Source: Azolla caroliniana (Eukaryota; Plantae; Polypodiophyta). Taken from it: 64,000 bases of DNA. Positions 23,708 through 34,950 of the stretch are shown piece by piece. Numbering within the stretch: the first letter of the stretch is position 1; every line of letters starts with the position of its first letter. Made by a program: the position numbers and the translations under genes. The notes under the pieces are model-generated. The model made no database searches. It was not told the DNA's origin and saw only the letters and a program-made list of their open reading frames with translations. Location of the stretch: the NCBI GenBank assembly GCA_043228905.1, contig JBHGNT010000009.1, positions 1,488,001 through 1,552,000 on the forward strand, in the 5' to 3' direction.

Positions 23708-26700
23708 CTTCTGCTCTTCTGCCGCCTCTTTCACGTCGGGTTCACCAAGATGTCGGGGTTGCTACGCCCTTGCGTGCAGAAAGGAGGAGGGACCACGGGG
23801 GTCTCGGACCGAAGAGCAAGAGAGAGAGAAGTAAGAGAGATAGACCCGATTACACAGAACCGAAGATTGCACAGGGACACGGCCCAACAAACAGAGATCA
23901 CAAATAAACGCCGACGCAGATGGACGCAACAACGAAAGATATGTACTTATGAATGCAAGAAAATAACAGACTAAAGTATTACAACCCACGGTGGGGCACG
24001 AAATAGATACTAACGAAAACGAACAGGGCGGCGAACAGATGCCGACCCCTGTATGTCGCGACGCACAGAAAGGGGAAAACAGGTCGGAGGTGCTGCAGGA
24101 CGCACTCGGGGCGTTCCACGGAACAGCACAAGCCTCCTCGAAACCTGCACAGGTACGCGATGGAGCAGAAGACAGAGAAAGCGGGAGTGAGAGAGAAGCC
24201 CCGAAATCGGTTCGGCAGCACTTCGTCCTCTCCGTGCGAGATCCCTGCAACAGCTCTTTCCTGCTCCTTATATAGGCCGTTGAGCAGGCCTTCCTGTCAG
24301 CTTTATTCCCTGTCCCTTTTGTCAGGGATCTCCTCCGTTCTGCACGCATCCGCGTAGTTACGCCGCCGACTCGTACAGTTCGCGCGCGTGACCGAAAAGA
24401 CTGTTCGCGCGGTCTTTGTCTTCACTCGTGTTAGGGCCCGTTCCTGCCGATTATCCTCCTAATTCGATTCTATGTACAACTTGGAGCGTGCGCGTGTGAA
24501 GAACCGGTTCCTACGCCCCGGTGCGCCGATTCCGCTTAGGGACGGTTTTCTTCACGACAACGCGTGCCACCAAAGAACTGCATGGAGCCTGCCCGAATGT
24601 ACGAGTAAAGATCGACGATGTCGAGATTGACCAGCACTTCTTCGTGCAGGAAACGTCCTCACAGCTGGTTATACTAGGAGAACCGTACATCACGGCAGCA
24701 CGGATGGAGACCAAGGTGCTGGACAACGGCTCGGACTATGCAAGGGTCAAGAGCCAGGATGGGCGTTACTCGGTCCAGTTCCTGATAGTGAGACCGAACC
24801 ATGAGCGGAACTGCGAGACCCTCGGGGGCGAAAGCCGAGAGGATTTTTAGAGAGGGCTATCAAGGCGTGGGGCCGCGATAGTCCGAACACTCCGGGAAAA
24901 CCCCACAAGTGTACGATAGCGAAGAAGACCTGTACTATAAGTAGGAAATTTTGGTTCTCCGACAACGGAGGGTGTACGATAGTTGACGTCGTTGGCCGGA
25001 AGAAGAAAAGGGCGAAGGAGCGACTTCGGGCATGTGGTATCCTCGGCCCTGGAGAGGAAATCAACGGAGCCGTGGAGGCGGTCTCTTTCGACGATACCTT
25101 GGGGGAGCTGCGAGAGGTAGTTGGAGGAGTCCTTAAAGAGGACCAGACGATTCCGGTATGTTCGAAAAGGATGTACGAAGTCATCGCGGACTTTAGTAGA
25201 GGGCTCGAGTCGGATCGGACGGCCCGGGTGGACACGAGGTACAAGACTGTGGACTGGAAGGTGCGGCCAGTCGCGACTCCCTTGCCGGAGGGCAGTGAGT
25301 TGCGAATAAAGGGGGTTGCGTCAGACCCGAGTTTACGAAATCCGGCCCGCATAGGACACACGTTCACTGACATAACGCTACGTGAGCTCAAAATCGGTGG
25401 GGGCGGCTTCCTATTGCTGGCGGAAGAGGACCGGTTTCGGGTAATGCTCGGAAGGCACGGGAAGGCTTTTGCATTCTCACCGGAGGAGATCGGGTGCGTA
25501 GACCCGACAGTCATAGAACCGATGGTGATATTCACGGTACCGCATGTGTCGTGGAGTCTCAAACCGATTCCAGTACCCAGAGCTCACATCCCAAAGCTGA
25601 TGGAGCTGTTAAAGCAGAAGGTCGAGATGGGCATCCTCGAACCGTCGAGTGCCCCATACTCGAATCGGTGGTTTACCGTGCCGAAGAAGGACGGCACGCT
25701 GCGCTTTATTCAAGACCTGCAGCCAGTCAACAAGGTGACCATTCGAAACGCAGGAATCGGACCGACAATAGACGAGTTCGCGGAGGCCTTCGCCGGAAGG
25801 TCGATTTACTCGGTCGGTGATCTCTACCCGGGGTACGATCAGTTCCAGCTAGCCATAGAGAGCAGAGACATCACGACAATGCGAACTCCTCTCGGCCTAA
25901 TACGGATGTGTACCCTACCGCAAGGAGGGACGAACTCGGTGGCTCACATGGTGAACGCAATGAACAAGGTGCTGAGGGATTGTATCCCGGACATCACCAT
26001 GCCGTTTTTGGACGACGTCCCGATCAAGGGATGCCCGGTGGAGGAAAAGGACGAGACGATCGGACAGGACGGGTGCCGGAAATTCGTGGCGACGCACATC
26101 GATGGCTGCGAGAAGGTGCTGCAGAGGTTAGAGGGCGCGAGGCTCACCTTCTCCGGGGGAAAAACGGCCTTTGGGCAATCAGAGATCATGTAGCTCGGTT
26201 ACGGAGGTTCGGAGGTTCTTGGGAGCATGCACGTTCTACCACATATGGATCCCGCATTACGCCCACGTCGCGGAGCCGTTATACGGGTTGCTGAAAAAAA
26301 GGCGAAAATTCGAGTGGAGAGATGAGCATACGGAGTCTGTCCAAAAGATGAAGGAAGCACTTGCCGCAGCTCCGGCGCTCCGAAAGGCTGTCTACGGAAA
26401 AAACACTCCAATTTACATAACGGTAGACACGAGTCCGACCGGGATTGGATGGGTCGTCAACCAAGAGGACGAGGACGACATGCGTTTCCCGATCCGGTTC
26501 GGCACGAAGGTCCTCAACGAGCGACAACGAGGATACGCCCAGGTTAAACGCGAGCTCTGGGGTATCGTTTCGGCGATAAAGGCCGATAAAGACTACCTGA
26601 TCAGGACAGAGGTAATTATCGAGATGGACTGCCTGCCAATTCTTGGCATGGTTTCCGGATGCGCGACGCCGGACCTGGCAATGCTCAGGTGGATAGCGTA

Positions 26701-27023
26701 CATCAAGTCCCTCAATCCGGAAATATGACACATTTCCGGGAAAGACAATGCCATGGCCGACATGCTTTCAAGGGCGAGGTTCGAAAACGCGGGTGGCATG
26801 GTTTCGGAGGACGAGGAAGTCGGCGTGGACTTCTTCGAGCGGCTTACGTAACAACCGGCATGGAATGCACTCCAACGCTTAACGATTTCGACGAGAGCAA
26901 GTACAACGGGGAGTGGTTGTAGATCGGCGGGTTCCTGAAAACAATGACACCGGACGCGGCATGGACAAAGGATGAGGCCAACCGGGTTCGGAAGAAAGCG
27001 TACCGATTCTTTCTCCAGGATGG

Positions 27024-28248
27024 TGTTGGGAGAAAGGTCCCTCCGGATGGGAAGGGAGAAGAACAGTGCTGATAAGCAAACTCAACTTGACAGTTTTACC
27101 GATTCGGACATGTCGGCTGATGTGGATACCAGCCGGTCCACATCCAGGTATGTAATGACATATGTAGGGGGAGCTATTTCGTGGCAGTCGAGGCTGCAGA
27201 AGACGGTTGCGTTGTCAACCATAGAGGCGGAGTACATGGCGGCTGTGGAAGCTGGCAAGGAAATCTTATGGATGAAGGACTTCATCGGAGAGCTCAGTAT
27301 CCGGCAAGATGAATACCGGCTCTATTGCGATAGTCAAAGTGCCATCCACCTTGCTAAGAATGCGGCCTACCATTTCCGGACGAAGCATATCCAACGCAGA
27401 TATCACTGGATCCGGGAAAGAGTAGATGACCAGGAGTTCGCACTTACGAAGATCCACACGGCCGAGAACGGGTCAGATATGCTGACCAAAGTGCTGATAC
27501 CCGACAAGCTGGATGCATGCCGGAAGAGGATCGGTCTAGTAAGACACCCCATGCCGGAGTGAAGGGGGAGTTTGTTGGGAGACAGGTCCCTCCAGATGAG
27601 GAGTACCCGGCTACGAAGAGCCGGATGGTGCGTACCCGGCTACGGAGAACTGGATGGTGCTGACCCGGTGAGAACCGGATGAGGAGTACCCGACTACGGA
27701 GAGCCAGATGGTACAGACCTGATGAAGAACCGGATGAGGAGTACCCGGCAAGATCCGGATGATGTAGGCCTGGTGAGGAGTGCTCTCCGGATGAAGAGAC
27801 ATATTTGTAAATATGTTTCTGAGAGTCCATCGTGGCTATATTTGTAAATAGCCGAAAAGTCATATTAGTATAAATATGACTTAGGGCAAACCTTTTATGA
27901 TGATGATTGTTGTTGTTATTCTTGTTGGTGTAAGAATAGAGTGAGTGCGTAACAGTGTACAGAGAGAGAGAGAGCAAGAGGTTGTTGCCTCTGTTGTAAC
28001 CGCCGCCTGTGGCGAGGATCGTGAGCACGAGGTCGTTGCCTCCGTGAACTCACTGTTGTACATTCTAGCATAGTGATAGTTTGCAGCATGTGGGCTGCCG
28101 TGGTTTTTCCCTCCTTGGGTTTTCCACATAAACATCCCGTGTACTCTTCTCCTCTTTGTGTCGTGCTTTCATTTCCCGTTTTCTGTGTATGAATCTAAGC
28201 TTGGTTGTGGCCGAGCGTTGCGTATAGGGGAGCGTTTAGTTCCTGTCA
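27024..28248 (+). mobile_element. Element F: internally deleted Ty1/Copia (about 26 bp of 5' LTR, RNaseH and 3' LTR)
   Basis: TGTTGGGAGA start at 27024 and again at 27573; RH motifs FTDSDMSAD..RTKHIQRRYHWIRE; PPT GAAGGGGGAG; TSD GATGG/GACGG. Confidence 0.88.
27592..27795 (+). repeat. Degenerate 25-29 bp tandem repeats in the U3 of the F LTR
   Basis: Units resembling CCGGATGAGGAGTACCCGGCTACGGAGAA, about 7 copies. Confidence 0.8.
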
Positions 28249-31200
28249 GACGGGTACATATGGAAGCACCCGAAGAAGAGGAACAACATCCCGCTCCGAG
28301 TGGTGGCAAAGAAGGAGGAACAGGAGGATTTGCTGGTGGCGTACCACGATAGTCCTTGGGCGGGACACCGTGGAACGTGGGCCACATTCGAAAAGCTAAA
28401 GGGGAAGTACTGGTGGCCGGGACTATACCGGGACGTGCATCGGTTCGTGACGACTTGCGAAAGTTGTCAAGCGCACTCCATGATCCGACATCGGGACAAG
28501 CTTCACCCGACCTACCCTCCGACCGTCCACTTCAAGTGGATGGTGGATTTGGTGACAATGCCAATGGGGGTAGGACAAATGCGGTATCTGGTGCTGGCTC
28601 GAGAGGATCTAACGAACCAGGTTGAAGGCCGAGCCTTGCAGAACAAGACGATTGCAGCCGTGTGCCAGTTTTTGATTGAGGACGTGGTATGTCGATACGG
28701 GTGCGTAGGGAAGATCGTGGTTGACCGTGGTGAGTTGGACGCAGAAGAGGCCGAAGAGCTGTTCGACCAACTAGGAGTCAAACTTTCACTCACCACAGCG
28801 TACAATCCGGAGGCGAACGGGAAGGTAGAGCGCAGACACGGGCCGATTGTCAAAGCGCTAGTACGGGCGTGCGGAGGCCAAGTCGGGAACTGGCCACGGA
28901 TGCTGCCTTATTCCTTGTGGGCGGACCGGACTACGCACAGTTCGGTAACCGGCAGAGCTTATGTTCGGACAGAAGCCGATCATGCCAACAGAGCGAACGA
29001 TCTCCTTGTGGGCCACGATGGACTGGAGGGATGAGATGAGTCGGGAGGAACTGTTGGCGGCGCGGATTCGACAGCTCGAGCGGAGGCCGGAGGACGTAGA
29101 GTGAGCCGCGGAGAAACTTCGGGTAGCAAGGATAAGGAACAAAGCCCGGTTCGACCGAACACACCAGCTCTGGCCAAGGAAGATCGAGGAAGGCGACTGG
29201 GTGCTAGTCTACGACAGCAGCCTCGACAATCAGAACAGGGCCACGCGGAAGTTTGCGAGGAGGTGGTTCGGGCGGGGAAGAGGATCAAAGCATTCAAGAA
29301 ACGACATGACGGTGAGCCGGAGCTAGGGGGCATGGACAACAACGACGAGCAGCCCGAGTCGGAGGACGAACCGGTAAACGAGGAATAAAAGCAAGGACCG
29401 GTTTTCTCTAGTAGGAACCCAATTTTGGCGCATATCGATGGATGCGCGGTTAGGTGGGGGCGGATGTCGTGAAGAAAACCGTCCCCAGGCGCAAACCGTG
29501 TATAATGTGTGTGAACCGGCCCTTACACGTGGGCACGCCCCTTGTTGTATAGTAGATAGGTAGGCACAAAAGTCGAATCCTAGGTAGCAATATTCTATAG
29601 GGAGAATCGAGGAGTATCTCTGTCCGAAAGGACAGAGAATTAATGTGATGTAAACGGATGAAACGGCCTCCCTCCTTGAGCTATAAAAGAGAGGGAGACG
29701 GGGAGAGAAGGTATCGCGCGCTAGAGGGGACGAAGTGCTGTCGGACTAGGACCGAGCTCTTCTTCTTTGTCGTTCTCCATAGCTTTCTTTTGCGCAGGTT
29801 CTCAGGAGGCTGATTCTGCTCCATGGAACGCCCGTGTGCTTTCAGCAGAATCACCATCTTGCTCCCCTGTGTGCATGGGTGATCAGGCGTCGACATCCAT
29901 CTCGCCGACCTGATCGGCTGTAACCGTTCGAGTCGTCCGCATACATACAAATACATACATATTTTTATATACATACGCTAGTGTTCTCAACTCGTGTCTC
30001 ATGTGTTGATTGGGCCGCGTCCCCGTGCGCTTCTTTGTCTATACGTGTGTGAGTGTCTCTCTCTTTCTCCCTCTTCCTCAGTCCAAGACCCCAGTGGTCC
30101 CGCCTTGTTCTCCACGCACGCGCGTAGCAACTCGACAACGTATCGTAGAACTCGCTTAGCGCAATCCAAGTGAGTGTCATGCAGTGTTTGCATGAATTGA
30201 CTAAGGAGACCGACCGGATAACTGAGATTGGGTCGAGTGATCGTGAGGTAGATGAGACTCCCGATGAGTTGTTGATACTGAGTCGGCTCACATGCTTTGG
30301 TGCCATAGTTCGCATCTAGTTTGAGATTGCGATCGAGCGGGGTTGCCGCGGATTTGCACTCAATCATCCCGAACTTGTCCAACAAGTTGAGGATGTAATG
30401 CAGTTGAGAGATCATGATTTCGGCCGTAGTCCGAATTACCTCGATGTCAAGGAAGTAGTGGAGCTCCTTGATGTCCGTCATCTCGAACTTGTCGGAAAGG
30501 AGGGATTTGACCTTATTGATTTCGACGAGATGCTCACCTGCAATGACTAGGTCATCCACATATAAGATGATGACGATTGGACTTGCGGAATCGCTTCGTA
30601 TGTAGAGGGAGTTGTCCGATTTTGACATACGGAAGCTGATTTGATGAAGATATTCCGTTATCTTCGAATGCCAAGCACGCGGTGCTTGCTTGAGGCCGTA
30701 GAGTGGCTTCTTGAGTTGGCATACAACTTTCGGATGGGTGCTCGAGTTGAAGCCGGGTGGTTGTATCATGTACACCTCCTCTTCTAATTCGCCTTGTAGA
30801 AAGGCGTTCTTGATGTCCATTTGATGGAGGTGCCACCCTTTCGCCGCGGCAAGCGCAATTACGGTCCGTACCGTCGTCATCTTTGCCACCAGGGAAAAGG
30901 TCTCTTCGTAGTCAACTTCGTGCGTTTGTGCGTAGCCTTTCGCTACGAGTCCCGCTTTGTAGCGGTTGACAGAATCGTCATCGTTGTACTTCACTTTGTA
31001 AATCCATCTGCATCCGGTCACCTTTTTTTGTGGTGAGGTGGGAACGAGATCCCATGTCTCGTTCTTGCGTAGTGCCTGCATTCCTCGTTCATGGCTTCGA
31101 TCCATCGCGGATCCTTGGTTGCTTCGAAAAATGTTTCCGGCTCGCATACTATCGCCACCTTCATCATAAAGGCATAGTGATATGCCATGTAGTCGTTGTA

Positions 31201-31591
31201 GCTGAATCGGCTAACTGGATTCTTTTCAAGGTGGAGCAACGGAGCTTTTCATTTGCAGAGATGAGGGCTTTCTTTGCTCCGATTGGGACATCGAAGCCGT
31301 CGAGCTCACTATCGAGTGAGTGAGTCGACTCATCGTCGTCGAAGCGATCGTCTTCGTATTCCGTCATTTTCGCCTTACCTTTGTCCATCTTCGGGCTAGG
31401 CCATGATGTGCTTTGATCGCTCAAAGGCTCTTGTGGTCCACTTAGTCGGGTAGTGATCGGACTTTCTTTGAACATGCGTTTAAGGCGATCTTCATCCTCT
31501 ATCTCTTGTTCGGCGGATTCCGGGTCAAGCGGAGTCGGAGTCGAAGTTGTCTCTGGTGCGTACCAGGATGCGGACTCGTAAAAAACGATCT

Positions 31592-32027
31592 TGTTAACTC
31601 TTCGGGCCGGACAATGGCCTAACACAGGGTGTCTACGGGAGACACTTCACCAAAGGGGGTTACGGCAACCGGATTAGACTTCAACGCTTAATCCTACTTG
31701 GTTAGGTTACTTATTATGATCGTCTTTCATAACACACGCGTAAGATATAACAATTAAGACAGAACGGCAATTAACACAGAGAGATAACAACGCTTAAGCT
31801 TTCATTAATTAACCGCTAACTATTACATTGTATCCGGGCCTTTAAATAGGTTTCCGGTCTGTATTACAAAACGGTGCCATCCGCACCTGTTCGGGATCGG
31901 TCCGGATCTGGAACGGCATACCGTTTCCGGTCCGTCCGTCCACACTCATAGCTTAATTACAACCACCTTCCTACTACTTAATTAGCTCTCCGTTTCCCAC
32001 TCTGGACTCCTTTGCCGGCCGGTAACA
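31592..32027 (-). mobile_element. Solo LTR related to the element H family
   Basis: TG..CA ends, TSD GATCT on both sides; reverse complement begins TGTTACCGGCCGGCAA and shares long blocks with the H LTRs. Confidence 0.9.
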
Positions 32028-33339
32028 GATCTCTCGACTTACTCGAGATTTTCGAGTTGAGGGGTTGTAGCACTTGTACCCCTTTTGCTCCAGTGAGTAT
32101 CCTACGAGGATACATTTCTCCGACTTCGGGTCAAGCTTTTGACGCTTCTCGTCGGGGATGTGCACGTACGCTATCGTGCCGAATATCCGGGTGTGCGATT
32201 AGTCCGGCTTCTTTCCGAAGTATTTTTTGTGCGGAGTGACCTCGTGCACTCTGGATGTTGTGCACTGGTTCATTAGGTAGACGGCCATATTTGCAGCTTC
32301 GGCCCAATATGACTTGGGCATATGCTTCTCGTTCATCATGGCCTACGCTACTTCGAGGATGTGCCAATTTTTGCGCTCGGCTACTCCGTTTTGTTGCGGA
32401 GTGTGTCAGCAAGTGAATTCTCGCCGAATTCCTTCCTTTCGGAGATACACCGTGAAATCGTTCGAGAAATACTCCTTGCCACCATCCGATCGAAGGCATC
32501 GTACATGATGACCAGTGGCTTTTTCGACTTCGTTTTTAAACCTTTGGAAGTGTCCGAACACTTCCCTCTTTTGCCGCATCGGATAGAGCCACGTGTGCCT
32601 AGAGAAGTCGTCGATGAAGAGCACATAATATCGGCATCCGCCGAATATAGCCGTCTGTGCCGGTCCCCATACATCGTAATGGACTACGTCGAGTAGACCT
32701 TTGCTCACGTTCCGCTCTTTCGGGAATGGGTGTCGGTGTTGCTTGCCAAATTGGCACGCTTCGCATACACCTTCAATCTCCTTCTCTTTGAATGTTGGGA
32801 GTCCGATGACGACTCCTTTCGATTTCATTGCTTTGATTTTGTTGAGATTGATGTGGCCGAGTCACTTGTGCCATAGCTCTATGTCGGAGTCGGCTTTCGT
32901 GCTTTTTGCGAACATGGCGGATTTCATCTCATGTGAATCGAGAATGAACATACGGCCCTCTCTTCTTCCACGTGCGATGATTAGGCTCTCTTTTTCGATG
33001 ACGCACCCTTCTTGGTCAAATCGTACTTGCATCCCTTGCTCAACCATTTGGTCGACCGTGACCAAATTCTTCGTGATGGTGGGAACATGCAAGACATTTT
33101 TAATGTATGTTTGCTTACCTCTTTCGCCGAACGGAACATTGCCGATGTGCCGAATCGGGTGCGTAGTGTCATCTCCGATTTCGACATAACCGGGTCGCTC
33201 CGGCTCTCGAAATTCGAGAAACCATTCTTTATGAGATGTCATATGGTTTGAGGCTCTGTAAACCATACGTCCTCCGGATTGAGGGCACTAGTTGAGGTAG
33301 AGGCCGACATAGAGTTTTCTCTATGTTTCATCATGAACA

Positions 33340-33485
33340 TTCCGCCACGGTCAGAGTTGTGTGCATACATTCCGCCACGATCTTCGTAGTCGGAGTTGTG
33401 CCCATACATTCCGCTATACTCTTCGTTGTCGGAGTTGTGCCCGTACATTCCGCTATACTCTTCGTAGTCGGAATTGTGCGCGTAA
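33340..33485 (-). repeat. In-frame 39-bp tandem repeat in the C gag-PR linker
   Basis: Encodes Y(A/G)HNSD(Y/N)EEYSGM-like units, three copies plus a partial one. Confidence 0.85.
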
Positions 33486-34950
33486 TTCGTGAGTTGTCGG
33501 CTTGTGGAAGCCGATTCGCGCATCTTCTTTCGGCACTCTTCTTCGTGGTGGCCGAGCTTTCCGCAATATCCTCATTCGGTTGCGTTTTGACGGCTTGGGC
33601 CGGAGTGGAAGCTCCCCCTTCTTGCGAAGGTTCCTCGTTGGCTTCCGTTTTGTGGCCGAAATTGGGAGTTGTTGTCGTAGGTCGGACCTAGTCCGCCTTG
33701 TCCTTGGCCAAATCGGTGTCTCACTCGTCTGCGTCCTCTTCCTCCACTCGAGTGTGTGTAGAGCATGTGGCCTTCCGACTCATTGCTCCTTGTACACATG
33801 TGGTTTTCTTCGACCAATAGCACTAATTAGAGCTCGAAGAAGGAGGGAAATTTCTTCCTTGCTAGAACGGCGGTTCGCATCGCGCCGAACCGTGGTGCGA
33901 GGCCGCCGAGGCATATTTGCACCATCTCATCATCATCGATATTTACGTTTATCGAGCCGAGCGAGTTGCAAAGCTCCTTGATCTTCAAGGTGTATGTCGT
34001 GATGGACATCTCCCTCTGTTGAGTGTTGTTCAAATCTTGGCGGAGTTGAAGCCTTCTTGCGGTTGTGTTCGCCGCGAAAATCTTTCGTAGATTTTCCCAC
34101 GCCTCCTTCCGCATCTTGGCTTCGCGAATGTAGCCGAGCATGTAATCGTGAACACATGTCGCCAAGCAATACATCACGCGGCTTGTGGCTTGCTCCCATG
34201 TCGCGTATCCGGGAGCCGTGTCGACGGGTCGGTCTTCGTGTGCTCCTTTGATGTAGCTCCAATAGCCTTGTCCGACAAGGTATTGGTGCATCTTGTACTC
34301 CCAAGATGCGAAGTTGTTTTGATCCAACTTATCGGTAGGGAGAGCGCTCCCCATTTGAGTATTCATTATGTCGATTCTTCTTCTTCTTCTTCTTCTTCTT
34401 CTTCATCTTCTTCTTCTTCTTCTCCTCCTCCTCCTCCTCTCTTCGAATGTGAGCTATGTAGCGATGCTATGATAGCGATCAGCCGGTTCTTGGTCGTCGG
34501 CGTAGGACACATCGCACGCAGGTGGGCTAGATCAAGCTATCGCTCTGATACCATGTAAAGAATCAAGAGATGGATTCTGTGCAGCGGAATAGATATGAAC
34601 TGTGTGTGTGTATGACAAAGAGTGAGAGAGTGAGAGAGACAAGGAATAAGACACAGAGAATACACAAGGTAAAAGTATATTAACAAAGGAGAAAGACTCA
34701 ACACTATACAAGGTGGGAGGAGGGTGCTTTATATAGTCACCCTTTCTCTTCATTAACTACAAGACTCATGGAGCATGGGGAATGTGAAAGCACATAAGTT
34801 ATGTGTCATAGAATATGATTCTATGACTCATACTAAATGCTAGAATACAAAGTGGTGACATAATGGTGACTCTTGACCGTTGGAGTGTTTATTCACTCTC
34901 AAGGTGAGTTCACACACTAGACCAAGTTGAGCTTGATTCTCAACAGTTTG

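Larger units (their letters stand above)
17281..24559 (-). mobile_element. Element E: very young Gypsy of the same family as D, inserted antisense in the protease gene of D
   Basis: 809-bp LTRs 17281-18089 and 23751-24559 with one difference seen (18062/24532), 4-bp TSD ACGC (17277-17280 and 24560-24563), tRNA-Trp-type PBS at 23730-23747, PPT at 18090-18103. Confidence 0.96.
24841..29388 (+). pseudogene. Element D pol (RT-RNaseH-INT) with deletions and stops, interrupted by F
   Basis: Peptide motifs closely match E pol; small deletions at about 26190, 28953 and 29270. Confidence 0.9.
14712..30137 (+). mobile_element. Element D: non-chromovirus Ty3/Gypsy (possibly Phygy/Selgy-like), degenerate
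   Basis: LTRs 14712-15396 and 29465-30137, 4-bp TSD AAGT/ACGT (removal restores RYVSGTM in C), PBS TGGTGAACCCGACGTGAA at 15402-15419, PPT TAGGTGGGGGCGGA at 29451-29464. Confidence 0.92.
30142..34366 (-). pseudogene. Element C gag-PR-INT-RT, frameshifted and interrupted by a solo LTR
   Basis: DKLDQNNFASWEYKM (gag), VHYDVWGP (INT), HQMDIKNAFL/YGLKQAPRAW/LYVDD (RT). Confidence 0.9.
13527..34945 (-). mobile_element. Element C: Ty1/Copia LTR retrotransposon inserted in the integrase of A
   Basis: LTRs 13527-13930 and 34554-34945, TSD GTTTG (13522-13526 and 34946-34950), tRNA-Met PBS at 34542-34553, PPT next to 13931. Confidence 0.95.

Noticed and set aside
27592-27795. Regularly spaced 29-bp repeats, superficially CRISPR-like
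   Set aside because: No unique spacers, eukaryotic context, and the array lies within an LTR U3.
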